Source of the DNA: Callorhinchus milii
Lineage: Eukaryota
NCBI RefSeq assembly: GCF_018977255.1
Contig: NW_024704742.1
Span: 136,464,001-136,528,000, forward strand
Direction of reading: 5' to 3'
DNA: 64,000 nucleotides
This document shows positions 49,914-62,820 of this stretch, piece by piece. Numbering within the stretch: the first letter of the stretch is position 1; every line of letters starts with the position of its first letter. The notes beneath the pieces are model-generated. The model was not told the DNA's origin. It was given only the letters and a program-made list of their open reading frames with translations, and did not search any database. The translations under genes were made by a program, and so were the position numbers.

Positions 49914-52309
49914 TAAATCAGTAAACTTAATACTTTTTTTTTGAAATTATTAAGCGGAAATTGTTCTACATGCTGGGACATGAATGGAATGTTTGGTTAG
50001 CTTAGGAGGTATGCCGAAGATGGAATCAAACAAAGTTTCACATGGGTACGAGGTAATATAATAATAATAATCCTTGCATTTGATATAGAGCCTTATCAGG
50101 TCATCGAGACATTTCAAAATCCTTCACAGAATATGCTGGAAAGTGAATTTTGAGGGCAAAACGCAGCAGCCATTTGCACACAGCAGTGTCCCACAAACAG
50201 TCGTGGAGTGAGTGACTGAATTATAATTATTATTTTTGGAGGGATTATTACCCCTGGGAAGGGATCCACCAATCAACTAACAACTGGGTTCCAACTTACT
50301 GCTAGGTAAACAGAGGCGTGGGGAGTAAGGAAACTTGCCTAAGGTTTCGAACTGGGGTCTTCTCGCTTCCGAGGCGGTTGCTCTAACGAATAGTCTACAG
50401 GACTCCGCAATCTGTTCTGTAAAGGTCCTCCGATCACACTGAAGGCAGATGTCCATCAGATGGCTGATGAGGCAAGGGACAACTAATGATTCTGCTGGGT
50501 CAATTGAAATGTTCAAGACTGAGGTGGATAGAGTTTTGTTAGGTCAGGGTACCAAGGGATATGGAGCAAAGGCGGGTAAGTGGAGCTGAGATACAGATCA
50601 GCCATGATCAAGAAGAAGTTGCATGAGCTGAAGGCCTACTCATGTTCCAATGTTCCTGTTAAGTGCTCTGGGGCGCTACCTTGTGTGAGGGGCTCTGTAT
50701 AAATGCAAGTTGTTGTTGATTGGGACCCGGGGATTGTGGTGGACACCAACTTTTGCCTGGACACTGTCCTGAGGGACTGCGCTGAGAAGGGGCGAAGGAA
50801 ACTCTAGTCATTCTCGTCTCTCTTCAAGGGCAGCAAGATCCCAATGCAGGCCAAGCTTGTGACAGGTAAAAACTTCTTCATGGTTCCACGCTTCTTCACC
50901 CCACATCAGATCACATCACAAGCTGATCACCCGGCTCCAGTAAAGGTCCTCCCACAACACTGAAGGCAGATGTTCATCAGTTGGCTGATGAGGAAACTCT
51001 GAGGCTTGGGTTTACAGCTGATGGAAGGTATTACCTGGAGTGAGAGTTTGTGAACACACTATCCAGAACTTAGACTCCACCTTGACTGAATCATAGAATC
51101 ATAGAATATTACAGCAAAGAAAGAGGCCATTCGGGTTGGCAGAGAGACAAGCATCTGCTGCTCAAGCCTCACACCTCCAACCGGGAACTATCGCTCAATG
51201 GGAAGCCCACATTCCGTCCCAGACGCAGACGTTTCCGTGTGTAGGTGGTTTACGTGCATCTCCATCTTGTTCGAACGAAGAAAAATATTTTTCTGAGACG
51301 AAGAAAACATATAACTGAACTGCAGTGACCTCCATGGGATGATGTGTGGGTGGGGGTGGGTGATTGTGGAGCGAGGGTGTGTGTGTGTGGGTGTGGGTGT
51401 GGGGAGGGGGGGGGGGGGCGGTGGGGTGTGTGGGGGTGGGGTGAAAGGAAGGAATGACATTGAAAACTCTTCCACCCAATGGCGGAATGGTTTACGGCCA
51501 CACCAGCATCAGGCCATTTGCGAGCGCCAATGAGCGTCTGGTAGTTGAACGTGATTGAGAGAAACAATCAACTGTGTCAGCTCTGCTCAACTAGAAACAC
51601 TTACTTTTTTCCAGATAATAAGGAAACTCCAACCTTCAGTAACCCGAGGTGAAATGTAATGGATGACTGACTCCCTTAAGTGCTGAGAAAGGGAAAGGTT
51701 GGGGGTGAACGGGAATGAGCTGATCTTGCTTCCGATCTTAAAGGGCGGGTGACCCTGAAAACGTGTGGACAACAACAGATTCCCAGAAAGGAAAAAGGAA
51801 GGAACGAGAGGATGGAGGGAGGGAGGGAGGGAGGGAGCGAGGGACGGACGGACAAACGAACAAACGGATGAACGCAACTTGCATTTTTTTTTAATCGTGC
51901 GAACGTATCCCAAAGTGCTTCGCAGTCATCTGCCGTCTCGTGCGGTGACTGTTTTCCATTGGCAAAGCCAGCAGCCGTGTTTGCACGCAAACAGCCGTGG
52001 AGTGGACTGCAAATCGGGAGGAGCTTTCCCAGTCGCGTCACGGGATCGTTAACGTCAACGTCGACCTGAACAGGTGGGGAACTGCACCTCGTCTGAAGGA
52101 CAACGCATCCACCCCACCCCACTCCACTCCCACCACTGGAGTCTGACTTTAACATCTCATCCGAAGGACGGCACCTCTGGCAATGCAGAACTCAACACAG
52201 CACTGAACTGGACCCTCAGTCTCGACTGCGTGAGCTCACGGGGCTTGAACCCACAACCTTCCGACTCAGGCACGATGTAGAGGAGTCGATGTTAGTATCA
52301 GACTATATA

Positions 52310-52695
52310 GAGGTGCCACCCACTCCCCCCTTCAGCCACTCCCTCGTCCCCCAACCCATCCCGTCACCCCTTCAGCCACTCGCTCACCACCCTACCCATC
52401 CCCTCACACCCCCAACCCAGCCCCTCACCCCTTCACCCACTCAGTCACCCACCTCCTCACCCATTCCCTAATCCAACCCCCTAAATCACCCCCTCACTCT
52501 CGCCCTCACCCTCCCACCCCCTCACCCACCCCCTCACGCACTTCCTCATCCCCCTCAGCACTCCCCTCACGCACACCCTTACACACACTGTCACACACAC
52601 CTTCACACATACCCTAACCCCCTCACACACACCCCCGCACCCCCTCACACACACCCTGACCCACCCCCTCACTCAGTCCCTCACCCACCCCCACC
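52310..52695. repeat. Low-complexity degenerate (CCCTCAC/CA)n tract
   Basis: Irregular cccctcac / cacacc units, almost no G on the + strand. Confidence 0.85.
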
Positions 52696-53559
52696 AAAGG
52701 ATTTTTTTGACCCTGAAAGAATTTCAAAGTTAACAACTTTGTTTGATTGCCACAATCAGCAGAGTTGGCACACTCTCTCTTTCTACCCACTACACAGGGG
52801 GTACGAGAGGTAATCTTATCCTCAGTGCTGACAGACAACTCATTGTATCCAAGGGCCGCAATTCCATGTGGTCCGAGTCTGAAGACCGGTGTCATCCCTC
52901 CCACAATCACTCAAAGCCATCACCCTTCAAAGAAGGAAGTGAATAAGTAATAGCTTGTGGTAGGCAGATGCTGTGCTCATTATTTTTAATTGATAATTCA
53001 TTATAATGATTAAAATGACACTCTTTGTATTTGTTATTGCGCCTTTCATGCCAGGAGGGCGTCTCAAATGCGTCACAGGATATCATGCACAGTGTAGTTA
53101 GTGACTGTGTATTTTGTAGGCGAATGCAACCAATGTCCCACAAACAGCTATGAAGTGAATGACCTAATTTTATCTGGGCATGTTGGCCCAGACACCAGGA
53201 GAGAGAAATGACCCAATCTTTTGCAAAAGGGTTGTGGAATTATTAACATCCACCTAACCAGGCACAGATGGGGCGTCAGTTTAACATCTCATCCAAAGGA
53301 CATGACTGCAATAGTACAGCACGTCCCGGAAGCATTATACATTGTACTGACCCGCAGGGGAACTTGCTATTGACCGAACCAGATACTTGGCAGTGCCTGC
53401 TGAGTGCACTCAGATCTAATCGAACACAACATTATTCAGCCGCCAGGGCAATGGGAATAAATCTTGTCCACATTTGTGAGAAAGCTTTGGGTTGGTTCCC
53501 AGGAACCGCAGTGTGAATCTGCCAAATGCAACAGCTGTCCATTCTGAAATCATAATAAT

Positions 53560-54337
53560 AATACACGATACATTTGTACAACGCCTTTCACGTCGGGAGA
53601 ACGTCCCAAGGCACTGGATGGTGTACAGCATTTGAGACCCGAGCTGGGTTCAGGGAGGGAGAAGGGAGGGGTTGGAAGGTGGCAGAGGTAAGGTGGGGCT
53701 TTGTAGTGAGGACCAGGATCTTTAACTGGATCCTCTGAAGGATAGGGAGCCAATGGAGTCGAGCGAGAATGGGGGAGATGGGGTCACAGAGTTTGGTGCG
53801 GGAGAGAGTTGTGGATTATCTGCAGCCTGTGGAGGGAGGGATTTGGGAAGGCCGACAAACAGGGCGTTTGCATAGTCAAGCCTGGAGGTGATGAAGACAT
53901 GAACAAGCGGTCTGAGGGGTGACGGAGTCGGGCGATGTTACGGAGGTGAGGGAAGGCAGAGCGGGTCATGGCTTGGATGTGGGGAAGAAAAGACAGTTGA
54001 GATTTGATCAAGACACCCAGGTTCCTGACTGGCGGTGAGTTGAAGTGTGCAACCATTGAGGTTGATGCTGCCAGAGCCTGAGGTGCTGAGGCGCTGGCGT
54101 GAGCCAATCAGGAGGCCCTCAGTCTTGTTCACATTCAACTGTAGAAAATTTGCCCTCATCCAGGACTTGATGATTCAATTGTCAGGACAGCAGTGGTCCT
54201 GGAGCTGAGGGTGGAGACAGAAAGATAGAGTTGGGTGTCATCCGCATACATGTGGAAGTTGACCCCATGTCTGCGGATGAGTTACCAAGGGGGAGCATGT
54301 AGATATTAAAGAGGAGAGAGCCAAGTACAGAGCCCTG
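53560..54337 (-). mobile_element. L2 LINE 3' fragment
   Basis: [31 protein letters not shown] and 3' tail. Confidence 0.85.
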
Positions 54338-54600
54338 GATAATAATCCTTGCATTTGATATTGCGCCTTATCAAGTCTTCGAGACGTCTCAAAGCGCTTA
54401 ACAGAGTATACTGTAAAGTGAATTGACTGTATATTTTGTGGGCAAAACGTGGCAGACAATTGTACATAGCAGCATCCCACAAACAGCCTTGGATCGAATG
54501 ACCAAATTATTCTTTTTTTTAATGGGATTATTGCCCTCGGAAAGCAATCGGCTAACAACTGGGTACCTACTTACTGTTAGATCGACAGAGGCTTGTGGAG

Positions 54601-56508
54601 TAAGGAAACTTGGCTAATGTTTCAACCTGTTCGGGATTCCAACCCGAGTCGTCTCGCTTGTGAGGCGAGCGCTCTAACCACTGAGCCACAGAACCCCACC
54701 ACCATCAAATTGTGCTGCAGTTTAGAGTTCGAGACCAAATTGGCAGTGTCAAGAGTAAGCAAAGGGGGAATTTTATACACAGATGGGCAGTGGGTAACTA
54801 GGAAGTGGATTCCATTCTCGATCTTCATTGAACTTTGCCAAATATTGTGAAACATCCTTCTTTCTTCTTTAATTTTTTTGTATTTTTTTACACACAATAG
54901 ATGCAAATAACAGGGAACAAGAGAGAACCAGGACTGGCTCAGCAAGAATGCCGTCGCAGGAGCTAGCTTGGGGAGAGGGAGGGGGAGAGGGAGGAGGAGC
55001 GAGGGATGGGGAGAGGAAAGGGGAAGAGGGCAGGGTGAAAGGGAGGAGAGAGGGAGAGGGAGGTGGAGGGGAGGGGGAGAGGATAGAAGCGTCGTATTGT
55101 CGGAGGGGCTGCCCTTCGGACGAGACATTGAACGTGGTCAGGGAGACGTTAAAGATCCTCGACCTGCTGTGGAAAAGAGCAGGGAGTGTCTCCCCTAGAA
55201 AACAGTCTTCAGCTAAATTAGTTATTCACTTAGTGGCTGTTTGTGGGAACATCAGCAACAGGTGTGGTCGAAGAAGAAGAGGGTCTTGAGATGAACCTTG
55301 AAGCAAGCAAAGGATGTGCTGAGGCAGAGGGGCTCAGGGATGGATTTCCAGAGGTTGGTTGTAGAGGCTAACAGTGGAGCAGGCAGGGAGGGGGGAAAAT
55401 GGAGGAAGCCACTACCTGCCGAACAGAGGGCGCGGAAATGTCTGTAGAGGTTTAGTAATTCACAGAGGTAGAGTAGAGCAAGGCCATGGACGGCTTGAAA
55501 GGTGAGGACGAGAATTTTGAATTCTATCCTTGCATTTGCATTTGATGTAGCACTTTTCACGTCTCCTAGACGTCTCAAAGCGCTTCACAGAATATACTGT
55601 AAAGTGAATTGACTGCATATTTTGTGGGTGAATTCTGGGGCATGGGGAGCCAATGGAGCCAGGTGAGGATGGGGGTGATAGGACCACAGAGATTAGCGCG
55701 GTAGAGGACATGAGCTGCAAAATTTTGAATAATCTGCAACTGGTGGAGGGAGGAGTTGGGAAGACCAACGAGGAAGGAATTGGCATAGTTGCCAATTGCC
55801 TGGATGGTACGAAAGTGTGGATGAGGGTATTGGTTGCCTGAGGGGAGAGGTAGTGGTGGAGGTGGGCAATGTTGCGGAGGAAGGCAGAATGGGTCAAGGT
55901 GCATTGGGGGGTAACTGCTGGAGTCTAACCAACTTGTTGACCAGTGGGAACAAGCATTTCTCTGTCATATAAAGGAAACTTGTCTAAGGTGTCACCCTGT
56001 TTGGGATTCGAACCCGAGTCGTCTCGCTTGTGAGGCGAGCGCTCTAACCACTGAGCCACAGAACTCCACCTCCATCAAATTGTGCTGCAGTTTAGAGTTG
56101 GAGACCAAATTGGCAGTGTCAGGGGTAAGCAAAGGGGGAATTTTATACACAGATGGGGAGTGGGTAACCAGGAAGTGGATTCCATTCTCGATTTTCATTG
56201 AACGTTGCCAAATATTGTGAAACATCCTTCTTTCTTGTTTAATTTTTTTGTATTTTTTTACACACAATAGATGCAAATAACAGGGAGCAAGAGAGAGCCA
56301 GGACTGACTCAGCAAGAATGCCATCGCAGGAGCTAGCTTGGGGAGAGGGAGGGGGAGAGGGAGGAGGAGCGGGAGAGGACAGAAATATCTTATTGTCAGA
56401 GAGGCTGTCCTTCGGATGAGGCATTGAATGTGGTCAGGTAGACGTTAAAGGTCCTCATCCTGCTGTGGCAGGAAGTGTCTCCCCTAGAAAACAGTCTTCA
56501 GCTAAAAT
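54601..56508. repeat. Local direct duplication: 54601-55217 and 55972-56508
   Basis: Both copies have SINE head, about 270 bp otherwise unique sequence, purine tract and old SINE piece, ending tctcccctagaaaacagtcttcagctaaa. Confidence 0.9.
55255..55897 (-). mobile_element. L2 3' fragment interrupted by a SINE tail (about 55525-55632)
   Basis: LHQLQIIQN..AHVL...ITPILTWLHWLP | RIEFKILVLTF. Confidence 0.8.
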
Positions 56509-57619
56509 TCGTTACTCACATAATGGCTGTACTGAATATGTAAAGTGTATTGACTGTATATTTTGTGGGCAAAACGGTTTTAGCTGCTTAGACTCCAGCA
56601 GTTACCCCAACCACACTCTGGGGTCCCCAAGCCTTGGCTCTTGCCAAAATGCGCCTAATACTTTCTGGAATGAGGTAAGCAGGATGTGTCTCTCCAGGAA
56701 GAGAGAGAGAGAGAGCGCATTCCATTCCAACAATCTATCTCTGGGATTTCCATGTGTAGGTGGGATGCAGGGAATTCTCAGTTGGGTTTGGAGACTCTTA
56801 AGCAACAGTGATGGGTTTCTATGTATGTCAGACACCGGGCTGACTCAAAATAGGTTATGTTGTTGCTGGGGGACAGACCTCTATCAAAGACACGTCAACC
56901 CTTAAGCTCTTCAGCTGCTGTTTCTTTTACTTGCAACCTGCTGTGTGCTGCCATTGATGTTTCAGTTTCACGGTGATGTTTCACCGTGCTTAAGAGTCTC
57001 CAAACGAAACTATATGGATTTGTGGATGGCCCCTGTTGATTTTGCAGGCCTCAGAGGTAAGAGTTTGGAGATAGTCCCTTGAGCAACCTGTGGCTCAAGC
57101 CAGGTGAACCAGTTTGGAATGGAATGCAAGGCACGAAGCAGTGCAGAAGGGTCCAGGTAAAGGCAAAGGGAAGACCTTTGCTGTAAGGACTTTGCCGTTG
57201 AACCTGGATCAAGAAGTAAATGTTTACTGTACAGTAAAGAGCCAAATATCCACACTGACTGGGTTACCAAAACAGTGTGGATTCAAGGTTCCACACATAT
57301 TTGCCTGTGTTTTTCTCTGCCTGTAACTCTGTGTGTGTGTGTGTGTGTGTGTCTCGCTCTCTATCTGTATGTGTGTGTGTGTCTTGCTCTCTAACTCTAT
57401 GTCTGTGTCTCTCATTCCCCCTCTCTCTCTCTGTCAAGCTCTCCAAAATGCTGCCCCGCATTGATGTCGCTATATAAGCGCAAGTTTATATCGTTATCTC
57501 TCCAACATTGTGTTGTGTCTTTTTCTCTATCTCTGCAACACTTTGTATTTCTCTCCCTCGCTCTCTCTAACTAACTGTGTGCGTGAGTCTCTCTCTGTCT
57601 TACTTGAGGAGAAGGAATA

Positions 57620-58080
57620 CTCGGATTACTCAAACACACTCCTCACCAGTCTCCCCAGCTCCACTGTTCAAAAGATCCAGATCATTCAGAACTCTGCCGC
57701 CCGCATACTGACCCCGACCAAACTCTGTACCCACATCTCACCAGTTCTGGCCAAGCACCACTGGTTCCCCATCATCGGACGGATCGACTTCAAGGTCCTC
57801 ACTCTCATGTTCAAATCCCTTCACTCGCTGGCACCTCCCTACCTCTCCGACCTCCTCACTCCCCAATCCACCATACGGCATCTCTGCTCGACTGGCACCG
57901 GCCTCCTGCTCATCCCTCGCACCCCCCCACCACCCCACCATCAGAGGTCTAGCTTTCAGCCACTTCACCCCAAAACTCTGGAACATTCTCCCTTAATTCC
58001 TCCGCCTTGCCCCCCCCTCTCCCCTTCTTCAAGTCCCTCCTGAAATCTTTCTCTTACGGCCACCTTGATATGCTTCCTAA
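57620..58080 (+). mobile_element. Older L2 3' fragment
   Basis: DYSNTLL...IQNSAARILT...HISPVL..HHWFPI..RIDFKVL. Confidence 0.8.
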
Positions 58081-59942
58081 AGTGTGGTGAAATTATTTGT
58101 TTCCAATTTTCCTTTCTTTTGAAGGGATTATTTCCTGCGGAAAAGGGATCCGCAAGTCTACTAACAACCGGGTTTCTACTTACTGCGGGGTGAACAGAGG
58201 TGTGGGTGTGGAGTAAGGAAACTTGCAAATGTTTCTCCCCGCCCAGCAATCGAAAGCAGGACCTCTCCCTTGCGAAACGAGTGCTCTAACCACTAAGCTA
58301 TTATCGAAATGAATAGGCAAGGTCATTGTTATAAAGAAAGCTTCTCAATGGCACTGGGCATAATGAGCATTGTGTAATAAAACGTTCACCAACAAGAGTT
58401 CATTTCACGTTCCGTCACCAAACGAGGCTTGCGAGTCCAGGCAGTGAATTAATCACAGATAAACCGCCCCATGAACAAACCAACCCTTTAAAGTGTTAAC
58501 CATTATGTCACCCTATTCACACTGGCATGGGTAATTCGTTCAACCTGAGCTACACGTCTGTGCCAACAAACCGACTTAGCGTTTGCCTGGACAAGGGAGC
58601 TTTTTGTACAATGGAGAGCTATTTGTGCAGTGTTTAAGCTGCCTTCCCAAATGCACCGTATCTGAAGCTCATTACTGTGGAATGAAAGGTTTAAGGGCTA
58701 AGGAAGCTTAGTGAGGACTGGACTGAACTGTATGGGAGCGATACAGCAGCTGAAATAAATGCCAACCAGCCAGCCAAGCTTTCAAATACCTACAGTAGAA
58801 CATCATCTTATTTGGAACATCAATGTGTTCTGTTGTGATTTGCTTCGAGTCCCAGCAAGTGTCACGCTTGCTGTTGCTAATTCCTCAGCACAGTACTCAA
58901 CCTCTCCCTGGCTTCGAGCTCGCTCGGTCTCGTCCGACACTCCAGTGCTATATTGGGGGCGTGCTTCACTGACACAGGTGCTGTCTTTAATAATAATAAT
59001 AACAATAATAATAATAATCGTTGCATTTGATAGAGTGCTTTATCTATTACTTCTTTCAGATGTCTCAAAGCACAAACCAAAAGTGAATTGACAGTATATT
59101 TTTGGGCGAGACAGCAGTGTCCCACAAACAGTCGTGGATTGAGTGATCAACTTATTATTATTATTTTTTTTGAAGGGATTATTACCCCCAGGGAGCAATC
59201 TCCCAATTAATTAACAACCGGGATCCTACTTACTGCTGGTAAACAGAGGTGTGTGGAGTAAGGAAACTTGCCTAATGTTTTGTTCTGCTTAGGAAACAAA
59301 TCCAGGTCCTCCTGCTTGTGAGGCGAGTGATCTAACCAATATGCTACAAGACTCCATGGACTCGATGTTAAACCAAAGTCCCGTCTGCGTGTTCAGGTGG
59401 ACGTTAAGGAAGCCTTGGCACTAAAAAAAGGGAGTTTCTGGCATCCCGTCCAAACAATCCCTCAGATAAAATTAGTCGTTTGTTTCATGGCTGTTTGTGG
59501 GACATTGCTGTGGGCAATTGGGCTGCCACATTCGTCCACAAATACACAGTCACTCCATTTCATAATAAAATCCTTTGAAACGCTTTGAGATGTCAAAAGG
59601 TGTGATGAGGATCTATACAAAATGGAAGGATTATTATTATCATTATTAGTAATTCTGTAATGGAGTCCTGTAACGTTATTTAGAAACCAAGCAGTAAGTA
59701 GGAACTATATCTTTATTATTAATAATTATGGGTATTCTGTGTATTGTATAACTTCTGAAAAGTTTAGAGTCTGACTCATATTTATTTAATCCCTTTACTC
59801 AATCAGAGAAACATTTTAATACAATTATCTAACTGGACAAATTCCTTACCCAGTAATACTTTGAGGAACTTATGATTCAGTCTTCTAGAGACCTGCACAG
59901 ATCCTGCTTTGTTCTACTCAAACCGGGCAACTGTAAAGAGGT

Positions 59943-60277
59943 TATAATAATAATAATAATAATAATAATCCTTGCATTTGATATAGCGCTTTTCACAACT
60001 TCTAGACATACCAAAGCACTTCACAGAATATACTGTAAAGTGAATTGACTGTATATTTGTGGGCGAACGCGGCAGCCAATTGCGCACAGCAATGTCCCAC
60101 AAACAGTCGTAGGTTGAAAATGACCAATTTATTATTGTTTTTGGTTTTGGAGGGATTATTATTAGGCTCTGTGTGGAGTAAGCAAACTTGCCCGAGGTTT
60201 CGCCCTCTGCCTGGAATTGAACGCATGTCTCTCGCTTGCAAAGCGAGTGCTCTAACCACTGAGCCACAGGACTCCAC
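59943..60277 (-). mobile_element. Young tRNA-Deu SINE, short variant, full length
   Basis: Reverse complement of the same consensus, with (TAA)n at the left end. Confidence 0.9.
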
Positions 60278-62551
60278 TGTGGTATGTGAAATTTGGCTCT
60301 TTCTCACTGCAGTGGCAACGCTATACAAGGGGGGAATATAATAATAATAACAATAATAATCCTTGCATTTGATGTAGCACCGTATCGTGATGTTGAGCTG
60401 TCTCGAAGCGCTTCACAGAATAAATTGAAAAGTAGAGTGACTGTGTATTTTGTGGGCGAAACGCGGCAGTCAATTCTGCAAAGCAGTGTCCCACAATCAG
60501 TCGTGGATTGAGTTACCAATTTATTATTAATGTTTTTAAGGGAATCAACTCACGACAGGGTTCCTACTTATTGATAACTTAGTCACTCATTTCACGATTG
60601 TGCAATTGGCTCCCGCGTTTCGCCCACAAAATACACAGTCAATTCACTTTGCAGTATATTCTGTGAGACGTATCGAAGACGTGATGAGGCGCTATGTCGA
60701 ATAGAGCCGTGGGATCCTTAACATCTGCTTGTTCAGGTAGATGTTAAAGATCCCACAGCTCTATTCGACAAGAGAAGGGAGTCTCTCTCCATCTCCCGGT
60801 GTCCTGGCCGACAATTCCCCCGAATGCTGCTGCTTTGCACCCACAAAATATACAATCACTCCACCTTACAGTAAATAGTGTGAAGCGCTTTGAGGACGTC
60901 TTAACGATAGGCACTCTATCAAATGCTAGGAATAGTATTAATAATAAATAATGAATCCCAAACCCTCTGAATGCTTGACCAGGCTGAAGGTACATCAAGT
61001 TCTCCACAGGATGGTCCAGTATGTCAATGTGGGCATTGACATCAGATGTTGTCTCCATTGTTTGTCTGAGGTTTCATTAACCAGCAGTGTCTCTCTCAGC
61101 CTTGCCCGATCATGCTCTGCCCACTGAACCCTGAACACAGTGAAAGAATGGCACAAACTGTGGTCCCCATGGCAGTGAAGCTGTTAGCGTCACATAGATT
61201 CAGATCGAATTTACAGCATGGAAACAGGCCACCAGTCATTGCCAGTGTTTTTACACCAGGTGAGTCTTCGCCCAATCCTTGGTGCCTCCCACACCCTTCT
61301 ATTCCTTTCTCCTGCATATGTATATCTAGCTTCCACTTAAATGTGGAGTCTTGTAGTTCAGTGGTTAGAGCACTCGCCTCGCAAGCGAGAGACCTGGGTT
61401 TGATTCCCGGCAGGCAGGGCGAAACGTTGGGCACATGCTCTGCTTACCTAGCAGTAATTTGGACCCTGGTCGTTTGTCGATTCCAGACTGCTTTTCCAAG
61501 CGGTAATAATTCCTTAGATAAATAATAAATTGGTCACTTGATCCACGACTGTTTGTGGGACACTCCTGTGTGCAATTGGCTGCCGTGTTTTACCCACAAA
61601 ATATACAGTCAATTCACTTTATATTCTGTGAAGAGCTTTGAGACATCTCAAAGGCGTGATAAGGCGCTATATCAAATGGAAGGATTATTATTATTAATTA
61701 TAAATGCATCTAGGAATCCCATAGTATGGTGATTAGTGATCAGTGGTTAGTGTAGTGAGGCCTTTGACTGTGCATTCAGACACCTTTCCTCCACACCCCC
61801 CCACCCAGGGATCTGAAAGATGATGTGCAAATGTCACAATATATTATATTGTATTATATTCTGCTTCAACCACCACTTTACCTCTACTCTTTGAGGTCTT
61901 AGTAAACGTCTGGTAAAAAGAATTCTCCCAACTTCTCCCTTTATCATAGAATTACCGAATTACACAGCATAGAAGGAGGCCATTCAACCCATTGTGTCTT
62001 TGAAAAGAACTATCCAATTCAATCCCATTCTCCCGCCCTCTACCCATAGCAAACTTGTCCTCCCCTTATATTTCATGATGATCTTAAGATAATGTCCTTC
62101 TACCATCTCACCCACCAGTGGATCACAAGATGACAAGATAGATCATTCAGGATCTATCTTGTCATTTACTCAGTGTCCTCGAACAGCCCTTTCCTCCTTT
62201 CCTACTTGTTGATTCACATCTTTGCAAATCATGTTGAAACTTGAATCTAATCAAAAGTAGTTCCATGTGTTCAAGCCATTTGGCTCAAATCATCTGTATT
62301 GGTGTTTATTCTCCAAACTAGCCTCCACCCAACCTAAGCCACACACCCTCTGTTTCCTTCTCTGTTGTGTGTCCATTCATGAGATGACATTTGGTCTCAG
62401 CTCCTCAGGGTAAACAGGGAATATCTGCCAAGCTAACCACCCCTGATTCTTAACACTGCTGGAATGTCTGTGAGGGCAAGCAGGCTGGAGGGAACCTGTC
62501 AACCACGCTACAAGGGCTCACAGGTAAAATACTGAGCACTTGGACAAGGTA

Positions 62552-62820
62552 CCAGACAGAGGGCGAAACCTTGGGCAAGTTTCCTTACTCCACACAGAGC
62601 CTAATAATAATCCTCCAAAACCAAAAACAATAATAAATTGGTCATTTTCAATCTACAACTGTTTGTGGGACATTGCTGTGCGCAATTGGCTGCCGCGTTC
62701 GCCCACAAATATACAGTCAATTCACTTTACAGTATATTCTGTGAAGCGCTTTGGGACGTCCTCCCGACGTGAAAAGCGCTATATCAAATGCAAGGATTAT
62801 TATTATTATTATTATTATTA
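62552..62820 (+). mobile_element. Young tRNA-Deu SINE, 5'-truncated
   Basis: Starts just after the B box; body and tail as in the other young copies. Confidence 0.85.

Noticed and set aside
50465..50523. TGATGA...CTGA as a C/D snoRNA
   Set aside because: The CTGA lies in CR1-derived sequence; no terminal stem or recognisable guide.
50985..51002. CTGATGA...GAAAC hammerhead-like core
   Set aside because: No stem II between CTGATGA and GAAA and no stem III.
61021..61042. 9-bp hairpin atgtcaatg-tggg-cattgacat
   Set aside because: Short enough to arise by chance in 64 kb, with no supporting context.
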